Assembly (NCBI RefSeq): GCF_013215215.1
Contig: NZ_JABSOU010000001.1
Source of the DNA: Cognatishimia sp.
GTDB taxonomy: Bacteria > Pseudomonadota > Alphaproteobacteria > Rhodobacterales > Rhodobacteraceae
Direction: 5' to 3' (one strand)
Length of the DNA: 64,000 bases
In this document: piece by piece, positions 38,971-48,577 of the stretch
How positions within the stretch are numbered: the first letter of the stretch is position 1
Layout: each line of letters opens with the position of its first letter
Notes under the pieces: model-generated
Told to the model about the DNA's origin: nothing
Database searches by the model: none
What the model saw: the letters and a program-made list of their open reading frames with translations, nothing else
Translations under genes and position numbers: made by a program

Positions 38971-41271
38971 TTAAGGATTGTTAAACTGCCTATCTATCTG
39001 TTGTTGTATAGGTATTGTTTGGTTTTCTTGTGAATATGTTATAGGGATACTTTGACTAATAAAACCTAAAGCATGTACCACGATAAAGCCATCGTTACCA
39101 AATTCAGAATGGTTAAAGACAAAGATAGTTCCTGAGTTCTCAACTCCCCCTATTTCTACAGCAGTGGCAGGGTTAGTACCAACATAAGCTCTAACTTCTG
39201 AATTAGTTTGAAGACCTGTAAGCGTTAATAATACTGAATTATCTACAGTGATTGTTCCATTTGTTTCAGTAAGTGTAGGTACAGTCTGAGTAGCATTAAG
39301 TCTTAAAGTTATGTCCACACCTGAATCATTTTCAACCTCAAAACCTGAGTTAATTGTGTAAGCTCTAAGATCAAGTGTGGTAGATGTTGCAGCACCATTA
39401 ACTTTAAGAAGTCCACCACTGGAACCAGTTCCACTGAGTTGTGCGCTTGTAATATCAGCTAGGTCTAGCTGTCCGCCATTGTTTATATTAACATTACCTG
39501 CTAGTACTGCTTGATTGTCTACTGTAGCCACAACTGTGTTATTAATAGTTACCGTACAACTAGCAGTTGCCCCATTTGCGAAAGTCAACGTGCTGAAAGG
39601 AATTAAGTTAGTGTAATTAGAACCACTGGCTAAATCACTTGCCCCTATGGTTAAAGTTCCTGAACTATGAGACCAAGCACTAGCTAAAGCGTCTACGATT
39701 AAAGCATAACCTGTATAGCTTGTTTCTACATCGGTAGAGTTAGTTAAATCTACTGCACCTCCACCAGCGGAGACATCTTCTATGTCGTCGTTATCAACAT
39801 GTTCTGCTTTTTGTCTATCTCTAAATTTATCTAAAGTTTCCAATGTACTGTAAGCGAGAACTGTAGTTTTGTTTGTTTCCGTAATACTTGAATCATTTAC
39901 ATCCGAAACAATTGTAGATATAGAGCTTCTAGCGTCAAAATTGAATGACTGAGTTAATTTATCGTATTTGCGAGTATTACAAAAGTATGGTGCGGTAACA
40001 GTGAAGTCGTTTAAATCGTAATTCCCCGAGCTTGTTACATTCACTTCGCCCCAGTTTAAAAAAATATCAGACCAAACACCTTGAGAATCTGCTAATTGAT
40101 CATAGACCTCGACAGAAGAATTGTTTTTTATTCTTAACCTAAAATTAGCTGCGTTGTTCTGAGTTGAAACACTTAAAATATTTGAGAGTACTATATCATT
40201 CCCAGGACTAGGTACACTTGATCCATCTTGGAAAAACAGGTTTAAGCCTCTATTTTGCAAAGCCTGTAAATCGTCAACTAAAATATCAACAAAAGTTAAA
40301 ACATAAGGTCGTGCATTAGACGCCATTCGGATAAACCTAGAAGTTAGTCCGTTTGGGTTAAATCTAATACCCGGCACGGTCAAAGTTTTAGAACCTGCCC
40401 AAAAATGATAAGCAGCTTGCGTGCCACTATTTGTTGTAATGTCTCTAAACATTGCTACGCTCGATGTTGGGTTAATTGGCCCTATTGTGGTGTCTAATCT
40501 AGAATATACATTTTTAAACCAATAAGATCTAGTTCCCGAATATCTACCACCAGCAGGCCCATCAAAGTTAACACCATGAACATGTACAATTTCATCTCCA
40601 CCGCCAGAGTCTCTAATCATTCTTAAAAACTGAAATAAAGTTGAAGTGATAAGCATGCTTCCGCCATACATCCTAAAAGATCCAAAATCATTAGGGTTAC
40701 TGCTTACTTGGTTTCGAACACCCCCAAAACCGCCATCTCGTTCACAGGTTTCAACCACATTGCAGAAGTCTCTTGTATTACCAAATTCATCTAAATTACC
40801 AAGCTGTAAAATACCATCACAATCAATCCACTGACTATCCATCTCAAAAGCAACATTGGTTTGATGAACCATTACTTGATCATTAATTGTCCAAGCCTGT
40901 GAAGTAGGGTGTCTGTAAGATAAGTCATTAACTTTAATTAAAGTTACCCCGTCGTCTATATCATCGAACCTATAGGAAACACCGAGGTTGTTGCCTATTG
41001 CCGGAGTATTGCTCGGTATTTCAGTACCATCTAACTGAGTTACCGGGAACTCACCAAAAGGGAATCTAATGTCACAGAAATTAGTCCCTTGGGCTATTAT
41101 TTCCCTGCTTTCCAGCACCGCAGATCCATTTCTAAAATAAACATGTCTTCCTATATCGTCAGAAGACCAAGTTATACCACTTGTATTAATTCTAGTATTA
41201 ACACCATTAGTACCAGTTCCTATACTCGATAAAGTACCAGCTTTATACGGTGTAGTTAATGTTATAACCAC
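38971..41271 (-). CDS. tail fibre/spike-like beta-rich protein
   Basis: 766 aa, T/S/G/N-rich. Confidence 0.4.
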   Translation of the reverse strand: MVITLTTPYKAGTLSSIGTGTNGVNTRINTSGITWSSDDIGRHVYFRNGSAVLESREIIAQGTNFCDIRFPFGEFPVTQLDGTEIPSNTPAIGNNLGVSYRFDDIDDGVTLIKVNDLSYRHPTSQAWTINDQVMVHQTNVAFEMDSQWIDCDGILQLGNLDEFGNTRDFCNVVETCERDGGFGGVRNQVSSNPNDFGSFRMYGGSMLITSTLFQFLRMIRDSGGGDEIVHVHGVNFDGPAGGRYSGTRSYWFKNVYSRLDTTIGPINPTSSVAMFRDITTNSGTQAAYHFWAGSKTLTVPGIRFNPNGLTSRFIRMASNARPYVLTFVDILVDDLQALQNRGLNLFFQDGSSVPSPGNDIVLSNILSVSTQNNAANFRLRIKNNSSVEVYDQLADSQGVWSDIFLNWGEVNVTSSGNYDLNDFTVTAPYFCNTRKYDKLTQSFNFDARSSISTIVSDVNDSSITETNKTTVLAYSTLETLDKFRDRQKAEHVDNDDIEDVSAGGGAVDLTNSTDVETSYTGYALIVDALASAWSHSSGTLTIGASDLASGSNYTNLIPFSTLTFANGATASCTVTINNTVVATVDNQAVLAGNVNINNGGQLDLADITSAQLSGTGSSGGLLKVNGAATSTTLDLRAYTINSGFEVENDSGVDITLRLNATQTVPTLTETNGTITVDNSVLLTLTGLQTNSEVRAYVGTNPATAVEIGGVENSGTIFVFNHSEFGNDGFIVVHALGFISQSIPITYSQENQTIPIQQQIDRQFNNP

Positions 41272-41276
41272 TATTC

Positions 41277-41394
41277 GCCCCCTAGACTAGCTTCTAAAGT
41301 TGATAAAACATATTCATTAAAAGACTTCTTAGCCTCTTCTGCTTTAGTTTTCGACCCACTTATAATATTTTCTATAATTTTAATTACCATTATA
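41277..41394 (-). CDS. small ORF (39 aa) not in supplied track
   Basis: SD GAGAGGTAAACTATAATG; between the two large beta-rich genes. Confidence 0.25.
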
Positions 41395-41404
41395 GTTTAC
41401 CTCT

Positions 41405-42949
41405 CTAAGCTGGATTACTAAAGTTTCTTTCTAACGGAGCAACTAAAGATACTGCGTTAGTAGTACTTCTGGTTATAGTACCAGTTGCAGAGACTTTTTG
41501 AGCAACCCCTTCACCACCAGCTACAACTACTATATTCGCATCTGTTCCAGGAGTTCTACCTCCTTGAGCATTACCGTCATAATCAAAGTCTAGCTGAACG
41601 CTACTTGAGCCTGATATATCAGCAGTCATATCCACACCGCTATTATCATCCACTAAAATAGCCGTACTGTCCCCATACTGATTACCGTTAGCGTCCTCGA
41701 AGAAAACCCTATAGTACCCAGCAGGGTCATTTTGGAGGTTATTATTAAAAGTTAGTGTAAGTACTGCTACGAAAGGGAACTGTCTCTCAGTCCCAGTGTC
41801 ATCAACAAAGAATAGTCTATTAGTATCAGCCGCTTGGAAGTTATCAATAAAGACACCATTATTACTTGATTGTCTAAGTGTTTTTAGATCACTACCTACA
41901 AAGGTTAGTAACTCATCCGCAATATTACCTACCTGAGTTCCAGCGCCATCATCTATGTCTATGCTCTGTCTTAGTTGGTGTTGTATAAACTCGTATATTT
42001 GCTCAGCAGTACCAAGGTTACCGTCTATAATTACACCAAATGCAAAATAATCTGAACCTATTTGTCTTTCTCCAGAGAAAGATACCCAAGTAACCCCAGT
42101 GTCAGAACCTCCAGCTAAGTCGGTATCATCCCCAGAGCTAGTACCTCCAGCAACAGTTAAATACCATCTATTATCCGTAGCTGATTGCACTACATCATTT
42201 GCAGCATACGTAACACCAGTTCCCCAAGAGCCTCTGTTTTGGTGAGGTATATAAGTTATGGTCATTGCGTCATAAGGAGCTATATCAGGATTTCCATCAG
42301 AGTTAGCATCTATACCTATATCAGCAGTACTTATTGTTAAGTCCGCTTGCGTACTTATAGGGAATCTATAAGCAATAGAATCCATCTCAGTTACACCAAT
42401 ATCACCTAGTGATGATTGTCCAAATATTTGAGCTTGCTCTCTTACATATATAGTAAATTGAGTACTACGGTCAAAACCGTCAGCAAAATCACCATCTCCG
42501 TTGGGATCTGACAATATTTGAACTGCTTGGTTGACTTGCCCAGTTAATTCAAAATCAGTAGCACCTGCACCATTATTAAAATAAAGTTGATCATCTGATT
42601 CAATAGACCCTAAACCTACTATACCAGCCCATTTTTGGGTTATATTTCCTGATAAGTTTAATACAGACCACCCACCAGTTCTAATCAGATATCTAGTAGC
42701 ATCATCAGCAAAATCCCAACCATCCTTAAGCTCAAATTGCTCATTTGTAATAGGGGTCATAGGGAATGGGAATTTTATTAATAGTGAATCATTTTTCCAC
42801 TCCTCTTTGAGAAAAGAGTATAAAGTTTGTAAGGTAACCCCATCTGTAGACAAATTACCAGCTATGTTAAGACCTATAGTCTTAAGAACTGAATTTATTG
42901 TTACTTCTGTACCTTGGTTTAAATCATCTGGGTCTATTATTAAAGGCAT
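41405..42949 (-). CDS. beta-rich structural protein, candidate receptor-binding protein
   Basis: 514 aa, first gene of minus unit 42949->37405. Confidence 0.4.
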   Translation of the reverse strand: MPLIIDPDDLNQGTEVTINSVLKTIGLNIAGNLSTDGVTLQTLYSFLKEEWKNDSLLIKFPFPMTPITNEQFELKDGWDFADDATRYLIRTGGWSVLNLSGNITQKWAGIVGLGSIESDDQLYFNNGAGATDFELTGQVNQAVQILSDPNGDGDFADGFDRSTQFTIYVREQAQIFGQSSLGDIGVTEMDSIAYRFPISTQADLTISTADIGIDANSDGNPDIAPYDAMTITYIPHQNRGSWGTGVTYAANDVVQSATDNRWYLTVAGGTSSGDDTDLAGGSDTGVTWVSFSGERQIGSDYFAFGVIIDGNLGTAEQIYEFIQHQLRQSIDIDDGAGTQVGNIADELLTFVGSDLKTLRQSSNNGVFIDNFQAADTNRLFFVDDTGTERQFPFVAVLTLTFNNNLQNDPAGYYRVFFEDANGNQYGDSTAILVDDNSGVDMTADISGSSSVQLDFDYDGNAQGGRTPGTDANIVVVAGGEGVAQKVSATGTITRSTTNAVSLVAPLERNFSNPA

Positions 42950-43692
42950 ATAATAAATGTACTAATCTATGTGCCATAATAGTTAATATGGATAAGTTTA
43001 TACTTCAAGCTGAGGATATAATGGGGTTTGAAAAGCATGCGGCTAGGAACTCAGGTATAGAATGCATAATATGTTCTTACGATTCTTTAGATAAGGAAAT
43101 AATATTAGCCAATAATAAACCTATACCTATAGGAAGCGTAGAATTTTGTAAAAGGTATTTAGGATCTATAAATAAGAACATACCAGTAAGTATTTCCTAT
43201 CCTCCTATTATAAGAAATTATCTTAAACGAAAAGTATCAGTAGGTATATTTAAAAAAATACCTTTGAACTATTTTGTAAAACCTATAGGTAATAAAGAAT
43301 TTACTGGAGGGATAAAAAAAGATATAGACCATACTATAGAACCTAATGATTTTGTTTATTACTCTGAGCCAATTGAAATAGAACAAGAATTTAGATTCTA
43401 TATAGATTCTGAGGCTAAGTTTACTGGAAAACCTATATTAGGCTATTCTAGATATGATTCTGAGGAAAGTGAAGATTTAATTCCAAACTTAGGTATAGTT
43501 TCAGATATTATAGATTCTTACAAAGATGCTCCTAGGTGCTACACCATAGATATGGGTTATTCTAAAGAACTAGGTTGGTTTTTAGTAGAATGCAATGATG
43601 CATGGGCTATAGGGTATTATGGCTGGGGGAATATGACTGATGAAAAATATCTTTATTTTATAACTGAAAGATGGAATCAGATAGTGCTATAA
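42898..43692 (+). CDS. hypothetical protein (probable start at internal Met ~42988, MDKFILQ…); weak ATP-grasp-like features
   Basis: 264-aa ORF whose 5' part overlaps the divergent gene; motifs not verified. Confidence 0.3.
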   Translation: MLLLYLGLNHLGLLLKAYNKCTNLCAIIVNMDKFILQAEDIMGFEKHAARNSGIECIICSYDSLDKEIILANNKPIPIGSVEFCKRYLGSINKNIPVSISYPPIIRNYLKRKVSVGIFKKIPLNYFVKPIGNKEFTGGIKKDIDHTIEPNDFVYYSEPIEIEQEFRFYIDSEAKFTGKPILGYSRYDSEESEDLIPNLGIVSDIIDSYKDAPRCYTIDMGYSKELGWFLVECNDAWAIGYYGWGNMTDEKYLYFITERWNQIVL

Positions 43693-44462
43693 TTAAGCTT
43701 ATGAAGACAGATTTAGGGTCAGTAGGTTTCGTAGAATTATTAGATCATATGGGGGACGATTTAGGTATAGTAAATGCCGCAAAAGTTTCTTATTTTAACC
43801 AAGCAGAAGAGTTTGGACCTAAAGAATTAAGGTTATTAAATTTTTTATTAAAAAATAAGCACGTGAGTCCAATGGAGCAGACCTCTTTAAAATTTAGAGT
43901 GAAATGCCCTCTTTATATTTCCCACCAGTGGATGAGGCATAGGACTTGGGCATATAATCAAGTTTCTCGTAGATACACTAAACAAAATATAGAGATGTAT
44001 GTACCAGAAAAACTCAGAGCACAACATAAAGTAAATAAACAATGTTCCTATGATGACCAACATATAGATGATCAAACATTTATAAATTCTATAGAGAATA
44101 CTTTTTCTATATGCTTACAAGCTTATAATTCTATGATAGAGGCTGGGGTAGCAAACGAAATAGCTAGAGGCGTTCTACCATGTGGTATAATGACAGAATT
44201 TATATGTACCGTTAATTTAAGAAACTTCATAAATTTCTGGGAGCTTAGAGAAAAAGAAGATGCCCAATACGAGATTAGAGTTTTTGCAAAAGCTATGATG
44301 GACCAAGTAGAGACTGTATTCCCTAGATCTATTGAGCTTTATAAAGAGTTATCAGGAATACATAAAACAGTTAATGCATTAATTTCTAAGTACTCCTTAG
44401 ATGAACTTACTGGTAAATTTGAAGGGTTGAGTAAGGAGCTAGAAAATGAGTTTCAGGGATAG
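43671..44462 (+). CDS. thyX: flavin-dependent thymidylate synthase ThyX
   Basis: ThyX signature RHRx7S present as RHRTWAYNQVS; 263 aa. Confidence 0.85.
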   Translation: MESDSAIIKLMKTDLGSVGFVELLDHMGDDLGIVNAAKVSYFNQAEEFGPKELRLLNFLLKNKHVSPMEQTSLKFRVKCPLYISHQWMRHRTWAYNQVSRRYTKQNIEMYVPEKLRAQHKVNKQCSYDDQHIDDQTFINSIENTFSICLQAYNSMIEAGVANEIARGVLPCGIMTEFICTVNLRNFINFWELREKEDAQYEIRVFAKAMMDQVETVFPRSIELYKELSGIHKTVNALISKYSLDELTGKFEGLSKELENEFQG

Positions 44463-44799
44463 GTTTAATAAGAACATAGAGAAATATAAAAACACTACTC
44501 TAAGTAACAGCACTAAAATGCTTATACAAGAAGAAGTAGATATTTTTTTAAAGGAAGAAAAGCTCAATAAATTTTTTAAATGTTTAGTTCATATAAATAA
44601 AGATACAGGGGCTGTTTCTTATGGTTTCATAACGTATTCTAGGTTTATACAAGAAAAAGACTTAAAAAAGTTCATCAAACTTAAAAGGATAGAGTTAGTT
44701 AAATCTGAGCAAGCCAAAGAAGAATTGGCCGTATTAGATATACATTCTTTAGATAAATTATTAGAGATGGGGTATTTTAAAGAGGTGTTGGATGCTTAA
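44446..44799 (+). CDS. hypothetical protein
   Basis: 117-aa ORF. Confidence 0.4.
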   Translation: MSFRDRFNKNIEKYKNTTLSNSTKMLIQEEVDIFLKEEKLNKFFKCLVHINKDTGAVSYGFITYSRFIQEKDLKKFIKLKRIELVKSEQAKEELAVLDIHSLDKLLEMGYFKEVLDA

Positions 44800-45304
44800 G
44801 CGCAGGTTCTTAGATAATGAAGTCTTTGAGACGGTAGATAAAAATCGTGAGTATAAAACTGAAGCTTATGAAGCTTTACAAGACTACGTAGAAAAGACTA
44901 AAAAAATTAAAGACCTATATAAAAAATATAGAAAAGGTACTTTATTATACGTACAGGATGGTAGGGAAGAAGAGCTAAAATTCTCATACGCTGATAGTTA
45001 TCATGAGTGGAATGAGGATGATTTTTTTTGGTGTCAAATCTTCATTACCTCAAGAGAAGGTATTAGAGTTAAACACATAAACCATAGGATGGAATATTCC
45101 CCACACGAAGCCTTAACAAACATTAATATATTGGAGCATATGCTATTTGTGGAAGAATATAGCTCATTGAGAGTTGACCTATATTCATGTATTATGGATT
45201 TAGATATATTAGAGAAATTTTTATTATCTTTAAAATTTATACCTGATAAAACGTACAAAGACCCAAAAGTAGTTAAACAATGGTGGGAGTTCTGGAATGG
45301 GTAA
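44792..45304 (+). CDS. hypothetical protein
   Basis: 170-aa ORF. Confidence 0.4.
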   Translation: MLKRRFLDNEVFETVDKNREYKTEAYEALQDYVEKTKKIKDLYKKYRKGTLLYVQDGREEELKFSYADSYHEWNEDDFFWCQIFITSREGIRVKHINHRMEYSPHEALTNINILEHMLFVEEYSSLRVDLYSCIMDLDILEKFLLSLKFIPDKTYKDPKVVKQWWEFWNG

Positions 45305-45488
45305 AGAACAGAATGTTTTCGGCATACCAGTAAAAGTTAATGACCTTTTAGAGCCTGGAGAAGCCTTCTTGGTAGATGCTTCTATATTATCAGACGAAAT
45401 AGTTAAGGAAATAGAGGAAGTATTTAGTATACCTTCAGGAGATATAGGCACTATAGATGAGGAAGGTAATTTTAAAAGTATAGAGTAA
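45297..45488 (+). CDS. hypothetical acidic protein
   Basis: 63-aa ORF. Confidence 0.35.
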   Translation: MGKEQNVFGIPVKVNDLLEPGEAFLVDASILSDEIVKEIEEVFSIPSGDIGTIDEEGNFKSIE

Positions 45489-45492
45489 TTAT

Positions 45493-45990
45493 ATGAGCCA
45501 ATTTAAACCTTACAAAGAGCCTAAACCTGACTTTAAAGAATACAAATTTAGAAAGTGTCTAGCGTTATTAATATTAGTTGTAGAGAGATTACTGCGCATA
45601 CCTTGGTTACTTGTATTTTTACCTATAGCTTGGGTTGTTTATACCGTGCAGCAGCTTTGGTATTATAGGGAAGAGATTTTAGATTGTTTACTTACTTTTC
45701 TATTTTTACCTTTTGGTATTATATACGAAATATTATTTAAAGAAAGATCCCCTACTATTATGGAGTTTTTAGCGAAAAAAATAGATAACGAAACTATACA
45801 CGATATGTACGCAGTAGTTAATAGACTACTACATATAAAGTGGAGTTATTTTTGTGATGACAACTTGGATTTGGGTAGAGTGGATAATTTTATTAAAGAG
45901 GAAAAAGAAAGTATTTCAGGTAAATTTTTCATGTGGTTATACGCATTAAAAGAAAGAAGTGCTAAAATAAAAGATAAGAAAAATGATTGA
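45493..45990 (+). CDS. hypothetical membrane protein
   Basis: 165 aa with two hydrophobic helices. Confidence 0.4.
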   Translation: MSQFKPYKEPKPDFKEYKFRKCLALLILVVERLLRIPWLLVFLPIAWVVYTVQQLWYYREEILDCLLTFLFLPFGIIYEILFKERSPTIMEFLAKKIDNETIHDMYAVVNRLLHIKWSYFCDDNLDLGRVDNFIKEEKESISGKFFMWLYALKERSAKIKDKKND

Positions 45991-46231
45991 ACCCGATCCT
46001 AGTTGTAAGTACATCGACAAAGCTTTACTACAAGTCGATGAACTAAAAAACCTTATTCCGTTTTGTGATTTCCCAGATTTAGAGGGTGTAATAGATAAGA
46101 TTGTAAACGATATAGAATGGAATATGGAAAAGGCCAGAGATATAAATTCTGAGCTAAGGGATTATGGGAATTACTGGAAAGAAGAATATTTTGAACTAGA
46201 GAAAACATATGAAGATATGAAAGAGAGGTAA
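45983..46231 (+). CDS. hypothetical protein
   Basis: 82-aa ORF. Confidence 0.35.
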   Translation: MIEPDPSCKYIDKALLQVDELKNLIPFCDFPDLEGVIDKIVNDIEWNMEKARDINSELRDYGNYWKEEYFELEKTYEDMKER

Positions 46232-46232
46232 C

Positions 46233-46589
46233 ATGAAAGAAGAATTAGAAAAAATAATACAAGAAGTACATAAAGACCAAACTAGGTGGTGGGTAGACCC
46301 AGAGACAAAGCAACCTATAGAAAGAAATATCGGAGAGCTTATTGCTTTATGTCATTCAGAGTTATCAGAGGCCTTAGAGGCTGCTAGGAAAGGTTTAAAG
46401 GATGATCACTTACCCCACAGAGATGGGTTAACTGTAGAACTAGCAGATAATATCATAAGAGTATTTGATATGGCTGGAGGACTTAAGTTAGATTTAGCAG
46501 GGGCTATAGTTGAAAAGCTTGCTTATAACCGCACAAGATATGATCATAGTCATGAGGCTAGGCTTAAAGAAGGTGGTAAAAAGTTCTAG
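46233..46589 (+). CDS. MazG-like nucleotide pyrophosphohydrolase
   Basis: 118 aa; EL(I/V)ALxHSELSEALEA…D..…ELADNIIRVFD pattern of all-alpha NTP-PPase (MazG/HisE) fold. Confidence 0.6.
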   Translation: MKEELEKIIQEVHKDQTRWWVDPETKQPIERNIGELIALCHSELSEALEAARKGLKDDHLPHRDGLTVELADNIIRVFDMAGGLKLDLAGAIVEKLAYNRTRYDHSHEARLKEGGKKF

Positions 46590-46813
46590 TGATAGAAAAA
46601 GAATTGTATTTACACACTAAAAAAACTATGTTGGAGTTAGACATTTTAAACAATAGCTTATCAGAGAAGCTGGCATTATTACATGTATTATTAGAACCTG
46701 AAGAGCAAGAAATGTTAGGCAACATTGTTGACGGGTTCCAAGATAAGGCCGAGTTATATATAAGTTTAATAACTAAGTCTAATGAGTTAATGAAAAATAA
46801 AGGACTATTTTAA
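46589..46813 (+). CDS. hypothetical protein
   Basis: 74-aa ORF. Confidence 0.35.
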   Translation: MIEKELYLHTKKTMLELDILNNSLSEKLALLHVLLEPEEQEMLGNIVDGFQDKAELYISLITKSNELMKNKGLF

Positions 46814-46815
46814 AT

Positions 46816-47091
46816 ATGGATTGGATAGATTTTAAAAAAGTATTAGACGCTAGAAAGCTATGTCCCGAGTTAATGGCCGGCCTCTCACACAAAGAGGCTA
46901 GGGTAATAATAGAGCGTGCTTGGGATGAATATTTTGATATAAATGAATATACTTTACATAAAGCAGTATTAGATTATCTAGAGGTAGACTATTTTGAGTG
47001 TTTGTCTAGTAAAGAAGATTATGAGATGATAAAGGCTTCTTACATGCATGAAGACGATGATGATAGATATATTGTTAAGAGGGCATGTTAG
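46816..47091 (+). CDS. hypothetical protein
   Basis: 91-aa ORF. Confidence 0.35.
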   Translation: MDWIDFKKVLDARKLCPELMAGLSHKEARVIIERAWDEYFDINEYTLHKAVLDYLEVDYFECLSSKEDYEMIKASYMHEDDDDRYIVKRAC

Positions 47092-47603
47092 TTTTGTCAA
47101 AAGTTAAGTTTATATCAGATCTTCATTTGGGACATAAAAACATAACTAAGTATAGGAAGCAGTTTTTTAGTGTACAGGAACACGACTCTTTTGTACTAGA
47201 AAACATATTATCAAACATAAGTAAAAGAGATACTTTATGGGTATTAGGAGATATTTGCTTTACTAAAGAAGCTTTTGCTAAATTTTCAGACATAATCAAT
47301 TATTGCGGATATCTTAATATAATAGTAGGCAACCATGATTCTTCGAACAAGTACGCACAAGAAATACAATCAATGTTATTAGCTATAGCTGATAATTTCC
47401 ACTCATTAAAAAATTTTAATGGTTATTGGTTGAGCCACGCACCTATACACCCAGAAGAGTTGAGAGGAAAGCTCAATATACACGGCCATACCCATTCCCA
47501 CAATATAGGGGACGATAGATATATAAATGTCTCTTGTGAAAATACTAATTATAAACCTATAAATTTTCAAGATATAAAAGCTGGTTGGTTGACGGCCAAA
47601 TAA
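47085..47603 (+). CDS. calcineurin-like metallophosphoesterase
   Basis: Motifs DLHLGH, VLGD, GNHD, GHTHS in canonical order; 172 aa. Confidence 0.8.
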   Translation: MLVLSKVKFISDLHLGHKNITKYRKQFFSVQEHDSFVLENILSNISKRDTLWVLGDICFTKEAFAKFSDIINYCGYLNIIVGNHDSSNKYAQEIQSMLLAIADNFHSLKNFNGYWLSHAPIHPEELRGKLNIHGHTHSHNIGDDRYINVSCENTNYKPINFQDIKAGWLTAK

Positions 47604-48577
47604 ACTATGCTATTATAGTAACCATGGTTCAAACACTATATTTTCTTAAAGGCCTACCAGCAAGTGGTAAAAGCACTTGGGCTAAAAATAAAATTGACTC
47701 ATGTGGAACTAACCAAATAAAGAGAGTCAATAAAGATGATTTAAGAGAGATGCTGGACAACGGTAGGCACTCTAAAGGCAATGAAAAATTAGTTATAGAT
47801 CTTCGCAACCATATAGTTACGACAGCTTTACTATCTGGAAAGCATGTAATAGTAGATGATACTAACTTAAACCCAGTTCACGAAGAGTGTATTAAAAAAA
47901 TTATAGAAGAAGTAAATACGTTAGAAAACAAGAATATTAAATTTGAATTAGTAGAGTTTAATACCCCTATAGACGAATGTATTAAAAGAGATAATAATAG
48001 AGAGAAATCAGTAGGTGAGCAAGTTATTCGGAGAATGGCCAATGAGTCTAATAGTTTTGGTAGTTCTAATATAAGACCATATACGTGTCCATACACAGCT
48101 AGGGAAGGGGGAAAGCAAGATTGTATAGTAGTGGACTTAGATGGGACTGTAGCTTATAATAATGGACACAGAGGTTGGTACGATGGCGCTAAGGTCTATG
48201 GGGATGATGTTAAATATCCTATAAGAGATATAGTTTTAGGTTACAAAGAATTTATATTTTTACATGGAGGGTATGATATTAAATTAATATTTGTAACAGC
48301 TAGGCAGACAGGGGTTGATAATATATGCCAAAAAGAAACTGTTAAGTGGATAGATGAAAAGCTGTTGTTTGGGCATGAGAATCACCAAGATTATCTACTT
48401 CAAATGCGTAAGCAAGGAGATAATAGAAAAGATTGTATAGTAAAAAAAGAAATTTATGAAAATTATATAGAGCCTTATTATAGTGTTTTGTGTGTTTTTG
48501 ACGATAGAGACCAAGTGGTTAATATGTGGAGAGATTTGGGATTAATGTGCTTACAAGTAGATAAAGGAGACTTCTGA
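47585..48577 (+). CDS. polynucleotide 5'-kinase/3'-phosphatase (T4 Pnk-like)
   Basis: N-terminal P-loop GLPASGKSTW; HAD phosphatase motif VVDLDGTVAYNNGHRGWYD closely resembles T4 Pnk phosphatase-domain DxDGT motif (from memory); 330 aa. Confidence 0.85.
   Translation: MVDGQINYAIIVTMVQTLYFLKGLPASGKSTWAKNKIDSCGTNQIKRVNKDDLREMLDNGRHSKGNEKLVIDLRNHIVTTALLSGKHVIVDDTNLNPVHEECIKKIIEEVNTLENKNIKFELVEFNTPIDECIKRDNNREKSVGEQVIRRMANESNSFGSSNIRPYTCPYTAREGGKQDCIVVDLDGTVAYNNGHRGWYDGAKVYGDDVKYPIRDIVLGYKEFIFLHGGYDIKLIFVTARQTGVDNICQKETVKWIDEKLLFGHENHQDYLLQMRKQGDNRKDCIVKKEIYENYIEPYYSVLCVFDDRDQVVNMWRDLGLMCLQVDKGDF

Noticed and set aside
46233-46589. MazG-like protein as MazF-type toxin/antitoxin pair
   Set aside because: All-alpha NTP-PPase signature rather than toxin fold; no cognate partner gene pattern.
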